DNA of 29,203 bases from a virus (Duplodnaviria > Caudoviricetes). The notes below the pieces were generated by a model. That model was given only the letters and a program-made list of their open reading frames with translations, was not told where the DNA came from and did no database searches. The translations under genes were made by a program, and so were the position numbers. How positions within the stretch are numbered: position 1 is the first letter of the stretch; every line of letters starts with the position of its first letter. The stretch covers positions 1 to 29,203 of the IMG/VR virus record IMGVR_UViG_3300030372_001086; one strand, given 5' to 3'. This document shows, one piece after another, positions 9,261 to 17,477 of this stretch.

Positions 9261-11894
9261 TTAGCCAAATACCATTGCCATTGCAATAGCCTTACCTGTC
9301 GATGCTCTAGAATTTAATTGTGTTTGTATGTTACTTGTTACACCGTCCAAGTAATCATATTCTGTACTGGTAACACCAGTATCATATAAGTCTTTAAGAT
9401 AGTTTAGTTCAGTTACAGATCCATTGTATCCATCTAGTTTATTTAGTTCTGCACCAGTTGATGTAACTGCTGTACCTGCATAGTTTAAGTTACCTGCTGC
9501 TATGTTTACTTCACCAGTTCCTTTTGGTGTAATGTCTATGTCGATGTTAGAATCATCACCCATAGCTCCAACAACTACAGATCCACCTGTTGCTGCGTTA
9601 GTTATCTCTACAGCGTTTACGGCAGAACTGGCTGTTTGTAATACTATACCTTCATTACCGTTTGCATCAGCAATAAAACCACCATCAACTATCTTAGGTG
9701 CAGTAAGTGTTTTGTTTGTAAGTGTTTTAGTGGTTGCTGCTAAATATGTATCAAATGTATCTACAGATGTTTGTCTCATTGTACCTGCATCGTTAGTGAC
9801 AATACCATCACTACCTGCAACTGCTGTAGTACCTACTGAAGTATCTCCATCAGAACTTGTATTAATTTCTGTACCTGTAGCATTAACACCTTGAACATCC
9901 CTGTTAGCTTCTACATATGCTTTAATGCTTTGTTGTGTAGCTAGTTTAGTTGCACTATTACTACTAAAGTCATCTTCATCAGCTATGTCCGTAATTGTTA
10001 CAGAACCGTCAGTAAGTGATCCAAAAGATATTGTACCTGTTGTTGTAATGTTAGATGAGCCATTATCTATTGCACCAAATCCAGAGCTTATACTACCACT
10101 ATTTAACGCACCAGTAGAAACTAGGTTAGGCATTGCAGTTATTTCATCATCAAAGTATGCAGCTAAGTCTGTAACTGCTACTTGCTTCATGGTTCCAGCA
10201 TCATTGACAACTACTCTGTCTGCATCTGCTATTGTAGTACTTGAAGCTGATGTATCACCATCCATAATATTTAATTCAGCAGCAGTAGATGTAACTCCAT
10301 CAAGTATATTTAACTCAGCAGCGGTAGATGTAACACCATCGAGTATGTTTAGTTCTTCTGGTGTAGATGTAATCTGTGTTGTACTTACAGCAGCTAATAC
10401 TGGAAGTGTACCTGATTGGTTAGGTAGGTTAATGGTACGATCAGCAGTAGGATCTATTATAGTAAGTGTAGTTTCATGTGCATCAGCAGTAGCACCTTCA
10501 AATACTACAGCATTCTCTGCATTCATTGTAACAGTATCTACAACTGTTTGTGTGCCTTGTACTGTAAGATTACCTGAAACAGTTAAGTTATCGCCTATGG
10601 TTACTTCAGATGTGCCATGTCCTATTGTTACAGCAGTACCAGATATGCCAGTACCGATGGATACGGACTCACTGCTGTTAGCTGTATCAACAATAAGATA
10701 AGCATCTGATCCCTGTTTAATTGTAAATGCAGTAGCTGAGTTATCTGTTACTGCTACATTAATATCTGTATCATCAGCAGAGATAGAGTCAACAGCAATA
10801 TCACCTACGTTAGTTATGTTACCATCACCTACGCTAATTGCAGTAGCACTAAGAGTTCCAGCTAATGCAGTATTAGCTCCAGTAAATGTAGCAGCAGTAG
10901 TAGAACCAGATTTAATTATTAAGTTACCAGAGTTATTTGTTAATGCACCATACTGAGTACCGTCATCTTTTAGTAGTACATCAGCACCATCTGCATCAAG
11001 TATAACATCTCCTGCACTATCTAATAACATATCACCAGAAGATAATCCTATAGTTGTACCATCAATGTTAAAGTTATCTATATCAATACCAGCATCAGCA
11101 GTAATCTTACCAGTAGAAGTAAATGTTCCTCCTACGGCTGTATTACCACTAATATCTGCTGTACCATTTATATCTATTGCAGTAGCTGTAAGATCTATTT
11201 CATCTGTAGCTCCAAGAGATAGTACAGCATTACTAGAACCATGAATAAATTGTGAGGCATCATTAAACTGTATCTTATTAGTAGAATTAAGAAGTATTCC
11301 AGTATCAGGAACATGGGTAAGAGTAACATCTTGATCTTCTCCCAAATTAATTACAGAACTATCTGCAAGAAATAAATCACTAAATTCTAATGATGATGTA
11401 CCTAAAGAAGCACCATCAGATGCATCAGGTAGGAATGCAGTTGATGCAGTTATGTTTGTTCCAGTAAGCGCACCAGTAACACCTAATGTACCAGCTACAG
11501 TAGCATTTACATCTACGTCAAGAGTATCTATATGTGCAGTACCATCTATAAACATATCTTTAAATTCTAGTGATGCTGTACCTAAATCTATATCATTAGT
11601 TGTTATAGGAACAATAGCACCATCTTGAATACGAACTTGTTGTGTAGCTGCACCACCTACCTCAGTATAGAACTCTAGATGATTATTACTAGTATCTACT
11701 AGCACCATATTACGTTGGTCAGCATCAGCTACTCGATCTATCGGTGGACCTTCTGCTGATGTACCATCATGTGAGTGTCCTGTTGTTTCATCAAAAGCTG
11801 ATAAAACTTGGTTAAATTCTGCATTAAGTGGTGCTGCTGATACTACCTCACCGCTAACTATTTGTGCTGAAGATTGTCTGGTATATCCTGCCAT
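9261..11894 (-). CDS. Tail fibre protein (877 aa)
   Basis: N-terminal MAGYTRQS...GHSHDG anchor; Thr/Gly/Asp-rich shaft; STAAELNILDGVT repeats; TLTNKTLT motif; follows the tail tube gene. Confidence 0.8.
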   Translation of the reverse strand: MAGYTRQSSAQIVSGEVVSAAPLNAEFNQVLSAFDETTGHSHDGTSAEGPPIDRVADADQRNMVLVDTSNNHLEFYTEVGGAATQQVRIQDGAIVPITTNDIDLGTASLEFKDMFIDGTAHIDTLDVDVNATVAGTLGVTGALTGTNITASTAFLPDASDGASLGTSSLEFSDLFLADSSVINLGEDQDVTLTHVPDTGILLNSTNKIQFNDASQFIHGSSNAVLSLGATDEIDLTATAIDINGTADISGNTAVGGTFTSTGKITADAGIDIDNFNIDGTTIGLSSGDMLLDSAGDVILDADGADVLLKDDGTQYGALTNNSGNLIIKSGSTTAATFTGANTALAGTLSATAISVGDGNITNVGDIAVDSISADDTDINVAVTDNSATAFTIKQGSDAYLIVDTANSSESVSIGTGISGTAVTIGHGTSEVTIGDNLTVSGNLTVQGTQTVVDTVTMNAENAVVFEGATADAHETTLTIIDPTADRTINLPNQSGTLPVLAAVSTTQITSTPEELNILDGVTSTAAELNILDGVTSTAAELNIMDGDTSASSTTIADADRVVVNDAGTMKQVAVTDLAAYFDDEITAMPNLVSTGALNSGSISSGFGAIDNGSSNITTTGTISFGSLTDGSVTITDIADEDDFSSNSATKLATQQSIKAYVEANRDVQGVNATGTEINTSSDGDTSVGTTAVAGSDGIVTNDAGTMRQTSVDTFDTYLAATTKTLTNKTLTAPKIVDGGFIADANGNEGIVLQTASSAVNAVEITNAATGGSVVVGAMGDDSNIDIDITPKGTGEVNIAAGNLNYAGTAVTSTGAELNKLDGYNGSVTELNYLKDLYDTGVTSTEYDYLDGVTSNIQTQLNSRASTGKAIAMAMVFG
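10258..10368 (-). repeat. About three 39-bp (13-aa) imperfect tandem repeats, S-T-[PA]-[EA]-ELNI[LM]DG
   Basis: Visible in both protein and DNA. Confidence 0.8.
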
Positions 11895-13990
11895 TATCTG
11901 TATCCTGCGTCCTGATATGTTACTGAGAAACCTGCTATACTATAGGGAGCCTGTGTTCCTGTTGATGTTATAGCTAATGAGATCGCCCTACCCGATCCTT
12001 GTATATTAGACTCTAATACTGGACTAGAAGATCCATCATATGTAAATGTAGCATCATAAGTACTACCTGTTGTTGTATATCTAGATAATGATCCTGCTGT
12101 GGTTAAAGAGTATGTTGTAGGATCAGGTACATTTGGATCATCCCAATCATATGCAATACCTAAGTTTATAGTTGATGACCCTTCTGGTCTACTAAATAAA
12201 GTTATGTGTTGAAATATCTTTCGTTTTTCTGTTGAGTCAAAGTATAAGAAAGGGGTTGCATAAACAGCTACAACATCAGAACTGTCAAATGTACTACCAG
12301 ATTCTTGTCTATATATCTCTCCATTTAAATCACCATGAAGAACAACCTCAACATCATTTATTAAACCACTAGTAGCTACAAATGCCCTTATACCTAATAA
12401 CTCACCAAACTCCCAACCTACTCTTCTATCTGCAAATCTAAGTCCACCTATTATACCTGCTGTATCTGCTGCTGCTGTACTAGTAGAAGGAAAGAAGTAT
12501 CTAAACTGCGATTTATTTCTAATAACAACAGATGTCATATTACCTAGATTATGTGTATTAGGTAAATCCTGTAATAGTTGCTGTACAGGTTTAGAAACAG
12601 TTTCAAGCTCAACGTCACCAATCCTAGCAGTACCCTGAATAGGACGTATACCGTCTGATGCTAGAAATAATACGTCACCACCTAACTCAATAATACTGTC
12701 AGTAGCAATACATCCAATATTGTCTGTTACTTCTGAAAGAATGTAATCTGCTTTTACTGATCCTGTTAATTTTTTTATCTTAGTTTTACCAAATATGTAT
12801 AATGCATCTCTAAACTTTGCTAGTCCAGTAATATTAAATCCAACATTAATATTACCTGATCCACCACTGTTGGTAAATGCATCATCATCGTTAGGCTCAC
12901 TAAATAGTAGTATGTTTGGACCTAATCCTGTCGTAGGAAATCCAGCATAGAACTGATGATTTTTAAAATCAGTAGTAAAAGAAGCACCTGTAGGATTGTA
13001 ATCTCCTCCTGTTGGATGAACTGAAAATGTTGATCCACTTAACTTACTAGGACTATTAGCACCGTCACATATGATAACTGCCTCAGTACCAGTAAATGAG
13101 TTCATATTATGTCTTAGTTTATCTACACTAACAGATGATATGTTTGATACTACCGTTGTCCATCCTGTAGATGTATATTTCCATATGCTATAAAACTTAC
13201 TATAGTTTGCTGTTACTGAAGACCCACCTCCACCACTAACTGTAGAAGTAGCAGCGGATGTAAAGGTAACGGTATAACTATTTGCATCAGGAACTGTAAC
13301 AACTTGCATCTCTACAGAGTTAGGAGTAAGACCACCTATTGCATCACTACCAGAAAAAGTTACATAGTTTCCTACAACTAATCCATGAGCAGTATGTGCA
13401 ACTGTTATTGTAGCACTTGTATTTGATACACTAAAAGGATTAGATCCTAGTGTCTGAGTTCCATTGTTTGCTGTAAATGTTACTGAACTACCTCCACCAG
13501 TAGTACTAGAACTAGCATTAGATGTAAATGCAACTGTATAGCTATTAGCATTAACTACAGAGGCAATAACCATTTCTACTGAGTTTGGTGTTATACCTCC
13601 AACAGCAGATGATCCTGCATATGTTACTCTATCTCCTACAGATAAGCCATGACTACTGTGTGTCACTGTTATTGTAGGACTTCCACTAGTAACTGCAAAT
13701 GGATTAGAACCTAGAGATCCTGTATTATCTTTTAAATTTCTTCTGACTGCATATGGTACACCTTCTAGTATCCATAAACCTATTACGTTACCAGAACCAG
13801 CGACAGTACCATAGTTTGAGTCGTAGTCTGCATATCCACTAATTCTTCTATAACCACCGAATTGTGATATTTCCATATTTAACATACGAACTGCTGCTCC
13901 TGGATTAGATCCAGCAAGAGCTAAAGCATCCTCGTTTGTAAATAAACCACCACGAGATAGTACCGTTACGTCTTTTAACGCATCAGCCAT
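11894..13990 (-). CDS. Tail tube/nozzle (DNA stabilisation; T7 gp12/P22 gp10 positional equivalent), 698 aa
   Basis: Follows the adaptor gene; GCIATDSIIELGGDVLFLASDGIR propeller-blade motif typical of podovirus nozzle proteins. Confidence 0.75.
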   Translation of the reverse strand: MADALKDVTVLSRGGLFTNEDALALAGSNPGAAVRMLNMEISQFGGYRRISGYADYDSNYGTVAGSGNVIGLWILEGVPYAVRRNLKDNTGSLGSNPFAVTSGSPTITVTHSSHGLSVGDRVTYAGSSAVGGITPNSVEMVIASVVNANSYTVAFTSNASSSTTGGGSSVTFTANNGTQTLGSNPFSVSNTSATITVAHTAHGLVVGNYVTFSGSDAIGGLTPNSVEMQVVTVPDANSYTVTFTSAATSTVSGGGGSSVTANYSKFYSIWKYTSTGWTTVVSNISSVSVDKLRHNMNSFTGTEAVIICDGANSPSKLSGSTFSVHPTGGDYNPTGASFTTDFKNHQFYAGFPTTGLGPNILLFSEPNDDDAFTNSGGSGNINVGFNITGLAKFRDALYIFGKTKIKKLTGSVKADYILSEVTDNIGCIATDSIIELGGDVLFLASDGIRPIQGTARIGDVELETVSKPVQQLLQDLPNTHNLGNMTSVVIRNKSQFRYFFPSTSTAAADTAGIIGGLRFADRRVGWEFGELLGIRAFVATSGLINDVEVVLHGDLNGEIYRQESGSTFDSSDVVAVYATPFLYFDSTEKRKIFQHITLFSRPEGSSTINLGIAYDWDDPNVPDPTTYSLTTAGSLSRYTTTGSTYDATFTYDGSSSPVLESNIQGSGRAISLAITSTGTQAPYSIAGFSVTYQDAGYR

Positions 13991-14706
13991 TATAGATTAC
14001 CATGTGGAACTGCTAGAAGTCTCCCTACTCTCGTATCTCTTACATCAGTAAATCTGTTAATTAATAATGTACGCATACGATCTATACCTTCTTCAAACTT
14101 CTGTTTGGTTATAGCTGCCTGTTGTGAGTTATCTCTAAACATATAAGTGTGATACAATGCACCGTCTATAACAACGTGTTTAAACTGATCAGGAACAGTC
14201 ATAGTATCTGTAGCATTAGATAAATCAGAGGAGTAGGCAAAGTAGTTATAATTTACTGTATACGCAACATCAGGTATGGGAGTAAATCCAGCTTTATTAG
14301 ATAAGGTTCTATATACATATACAGGTGTTGTATATTCTTCCGATGTTGCATTACCATCTCTTTGATAAAACCTACTTAGAAATGTATCATAGTTTATTAG
14401 TTTTAGTATTTTAGCATCAGCATTAAGACTATCGTCTTTAGCGATACGAAAGCTATCCCAGTCTGCTATTTTAAAATCAGTAGCAAGACTATACTCTGCT
14501 GTACCTGCAACTAATGTTATAGAAGCAGAATTAAAATTAAAAGGAAACTCAAATTCTTTTTGGGATATCTCTTGTAAGGAAGCATTTACTGCATCTTTAA
14601 CTTGAGCGCGAAAACCAGAAGCATTTGGAAAATCAGTTGAACTTAACTCAACCTCATTTAAACGTCTTAATGTATCATTAACTAATGTTAAAAATGTTGT
14701 AGCCAT
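13990..14706 (-). CDS. Head-tail adaptor (tail tubular protein A-like), 238 aa
   Basis: TFLTLVNDTLRRLNE N-terminal helix; VPDQFKHVVIDGALY motif; position after the capsid genes. Confidence 0.75.
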   Translation of the reverse strand: MATTFLTLVNDTLRRLNEVELSSTDFPNASGFRAQVKDAVNASLQEISQKEFEFPFNFNSASITLVAGTAEYSLATDFKIADWDSFRIAKDDSLNADAKILKLINYDTFLSRFYQRDGNATSEEYTTPVYVYRTLSNKAGFTPIPDVAYTVNYNYFAYSSDLSNATDTMTVPDQFKHVVIDGALYHTYMFRDNSQQAAITKQKFEEGIDRMRTLLINRFTDVRDTRVGRLLAVPHGNL

Positions 14707-14720
14707 ATCTCGCCCAAATT

Positions 14721-14758
14721 AAAGAAGGGGGTAGCCCTAACTAAAGAAACTACCCCAC
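14721..14758 (-). terminator. Rho-independent terminator after capsid/decoration genes
   Basis: Minus strand GGGGTAGTTTCT-loop-AGGGCTACCCC followed by CTTCTTT. Confidence 0.8.
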
Positions 14759-14764
14759 AGTACT

Positions 14765-15289
14765 TTATGCTAACGCATCTCTCGTAGCGGAGGATGCTTC
14801 TGCTCCAGCTTCATTGCAATCAATGAGTGTAGCATAGACACGAATCCTTCCTGTAGAAGGTGCTGCTCCTGCTAACAAAACATCAATCGTATCAGTAGTT
14901 GATACAAATTGTGTATAGGTTGAAGCAGCTGAACCAACAACTGTGTTAGTTTGACCGTTAGTACCTGCTGCACAGAAACCTGTTGATGTTACGTCTGCAC
15001 CATCAATGATGTCATCACCTGCTGCAAAGTCGATATCAGCAGTTACAGAAGAGTTAAATGCTTTCATAACTTCTGCACCAGCATTAAGTATAAGTACTCC
15101 TGCTGGTATTTCTAGAAGTTGAAAGATATCTCCATCTGCTCCTGAGTATCCTTTTGCAACCATATCATCAATGTCAAGATAAGCCTCAACATTGTACATG
15201 AAATGGTGGGTGTTTTGACTTGGAAGAATCGCAACGCTGTCTGCTCCTACGCCTGTAGTAGAGGAGCTTGTCATATCATAAGTAGCCAT
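14765..15289 (-). CDS. Putative capsid decoration/minor capsid protein (174 aa)
   Basis: Co-transcribed with MCP between a strong promoter and a terminator; beta-rich sequence. Confidence 0.6.
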   Translation of the reverse strand: MATYDMTSSSTTGVGADSVAILPSQNTHHFMYNVEAYLDIDDMVAKGYSGADGDIFQLLEIPAGVLILNAGAEVMKAFNSSVTADIDFAAGDDIIDGADVTSTGFCAAGTNGQTNTVVGSAASTYTQFVSTTDTIDVLLAGAAPSTGRIRVYATLIDCNEAGAEASSATRDALA

Positions 15290-15301
15290 GATCTATTCCC
15301 C

Positions 15302-16366
15302 TTAACCTGCTATGTTGTAGTGAGCGCGAACAAGTGCTTCAGGACGAAGAACTTTGCGACCATACAGATGCATACCACGAACGATGTCAGCAAAGCTGTC
15401 ATTGTCACGATAAGATTCAACCTTTTCAATCTGCGAAGCAGTTGCAACAGCAGAGTCATGACCAGCAACGATAGCACCATAATGGGAGCTTGAACCGTTA
15501 GTATCAATGGTAGCTGGACCTGTTCCTACTGAAGGAAGGTTGTTTGACATATAAACTCTAAAACCACGAACCATGCCAGAAATAATACGACCATTACGAA
15601 GAATGTCTTTATCACCTGAAGTAAAGTCATTGTTCAATAGTTTGGAGTTTTCGTCATTAAGTTGTTCAGCGAATACTGGATCGACAACAACCCAACGTCC
15701 ATCACGGTCAACATTTTGCTGATCGAGTAAACGAGCCATACGGTTTAACACTTCCAAAGGAGTTGCTTCACCAGTAGATCCGTCTGGATGTAGAGCTATT
15801 GAGTCGGTAGCAGCACCACCAGAAACAAAGCTGTCACGAGCAATTAACATAGAAGCTAACAAACCATTGGCTGCTGCTCCTGCAATAGGATCAGTACCTG
15901 ATTTATCAGCAGCTACTCTAGCAGTTCCAGCAACAGTACTAATTGTAGCTTGTTTGAAACCTGTTAAGTAACCTAATACTTCCATGTCGAACTGATCTTT
16001 CAAGCGATATCCTGCTCGATCAGTTGCCATTGACTCAAAGTTCACATGAGAGTGAGCTTCTTCAATGTCATCGATTTTAAAGGCAAAGTAGTTAGCTTTG
16101 TCGATAACAAGTGAGAAATCATCGTCTTCAAGATCTTGTGGAGTTACTTGAGTTCCACGAGCATACTCTTTGACTGTGATTTCTGGTTCTTTGATGATAC
16201 GCACTGTATCACCGAAATTTGCGATTTCACCAAAGTAATCACTGTTGGTAATGTCCTCGCATATGCTAGTCTTACGGAATGCCGACTGAACCTTCTTACT
16301 GTAAATTACAGGTGAGAAGTTGCCATTCGACAGGTTTCCATAACCAGCAGCTGTTTTAAAAGCCAT
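15302..16366 (-). CDS. Major capsid protein (HK97 fold), 354 aa
   Basis: NFSPVIYSKKVQ, YFGEIANFGDTVRI, DIVRGMHLYGRKVLRPEAL motifs; follows the scaffold gene; RBS AGGAG. Confidence 0.92.
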   Translation of the reverse strand: MAFKTAAGYGNLSNGNFSPVIYSKKVQSAFRKTSICEDITNSDYFGEIANFGDTVRIIKEPEITVKEYARGTQVTPQDLEDDDFSLVIDKANYFAFKIDDIEEAHSHVNFESMATDRAGYRLKDQFDMEVLGYLTGFKQATISTVAGTARVAADKSGTDPIAGAAANGLLASMLIARDSFVSGGAATDSIALHPDGSTGEATPLEVLNRMARLLDQQNVDRDGRWVVVDPVFAEQLNDENSKLLNNDFTSGDKDILRNGRIISGMVRGFRVYMSNNLPSVGTGPATIDTNGSSSHYGAIVAGHDSAVATASQIEKVESYRDNDSFADIVRGMHLYGRKVLRPEALVRAHYNIAG

Positions 16367-16527
16367 TAATTATCTCCTATGTTGGCTATAAATAAGTTCA
16401 GGGGCATTTATTCTTGGGTGTCCATAAGGGGCCAATGCAAAATGGTATACCTTTTACTTATGGGTAGTGAGAGTTTATTTAGTTGTCCTAATAAAAGGGG
16501 TAAATAAACTCTATTAAGTGATGACGT

Positions 16528-16556
16528 ATTATATCATATTGAAAAATACTTGTCAA
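16528..16556 (-). promoter_or_regulatory. Consensus sigma70 promoter for capsid operon
   Basis: TTGACA-17 bp-TATAAT with TGn extended -10 on the minus strand. Confidence 0.88.
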
Positions 16557-16564
16557 GTAAAAAA

Positions 16565-17398
16565 TTACCTAGCAGCACCACTTTCGTCATAATCAAAGTT
16601 TCCTGAAGATATAGCTTCCTGTATTTCATCTGAGAACTTTTCCCACTGTTGTCCAGAAAGTTTTCTTACTTTAGATTCAGACCACTTTGTTTTACTATTA
16701 CCAGTAGGTTCTGATGTTTTCCTACGAGTATTAACTGTTCTAGCTGCTTCTTTAGGGTTAGATTCACCTCTATCGTTAGCAGTTTCTAATTTGTATAATG
16801 TGATCGCTTTAGCAGCAGCTTCAGGATCATCATCATTTTCATAAAGAGCTTGTTGTATCATTTTGGGTTGTTTCTCAGCCCACTCATGAAATTCTGAACT
16901 AGATCTAAGCTCCTCGTAATCAGGATGTATTTTGCTTAGTTTAGTTTCAGCAGCTTCTCTATTTACCCTTTGTTCTTTTTCGGCTATATAGGATAACTTT
17001 TCCTCTATATCCTTAGTGCTTTCTCTAGCTTTCTTAGTAGCAATAGTTTCTACTACTTTAGCTACATCAGGATACTTATTAGCCCAATCTTCTATTTCTT
17101 CATCAGTTTTAGGGAGCCTTACCTGAGTCTTAGTAAGTTGAGATAGCTGATCTCTAACAGCCATAACTTCTTTTCTATGCTCATCTTCTTTCTTTTGTAG
17201 ATGTCTCCTAAGATCTCCATAGCGTTTTTTAAACGTCTTTTCTTCTGGATGTTCAGGTTCGTCTTCTACCTCAGTTTCTTCTTCTGACCCTGCTCGTTGT
17301 TTTTCTAGTTCTTCTATTTCTTTTTCATCGTCTTCTATTGTATTTTTACGATATTTCATCGTAGTTGTTCGTGTTGGTTCCACAGTCATGTCTGACAT
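16565..17398 (-). CDS. Capsid scaffolding protein (277 aa)
   Basis: Acidic coiled coil; FKKRYGDLRRH motif; immediately upstream of MCP; RBS AAGGAG. Confidence 0.82.
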   Translation of the reverse strand: MSDMTVEPTRTTTMKYRKNTIEDDEKEIEELEKQRAGSEEETEVEDEPEHPEEKTFKKRYGDLRRHLQKKEDEHRKEVMAVRDQLSQLTKTQVRLPKTDEEIEDWANKYPDVAKVVETIATKKARESTKDIEEKLSYIAEKEQRVNREAAETKLSKIHPDYEELRSSSEFHEWAEKQPKMIQQALYENDDDPEAAAKAITLYKLETANDRGESNPKEAARTVNTRRKTSEPTGNSKTKWSESKVRKLSGQQWEKFSDEIQEAISSGNFDYDESGAAR

Positions 17399-17477
17399 TT
17401 TACTCTCCTTATTGGGGCTATTAGTAGCTTTACATTATTGTAAAGGGTAACAGGTAGCCATACAAAAATAGTATTAT

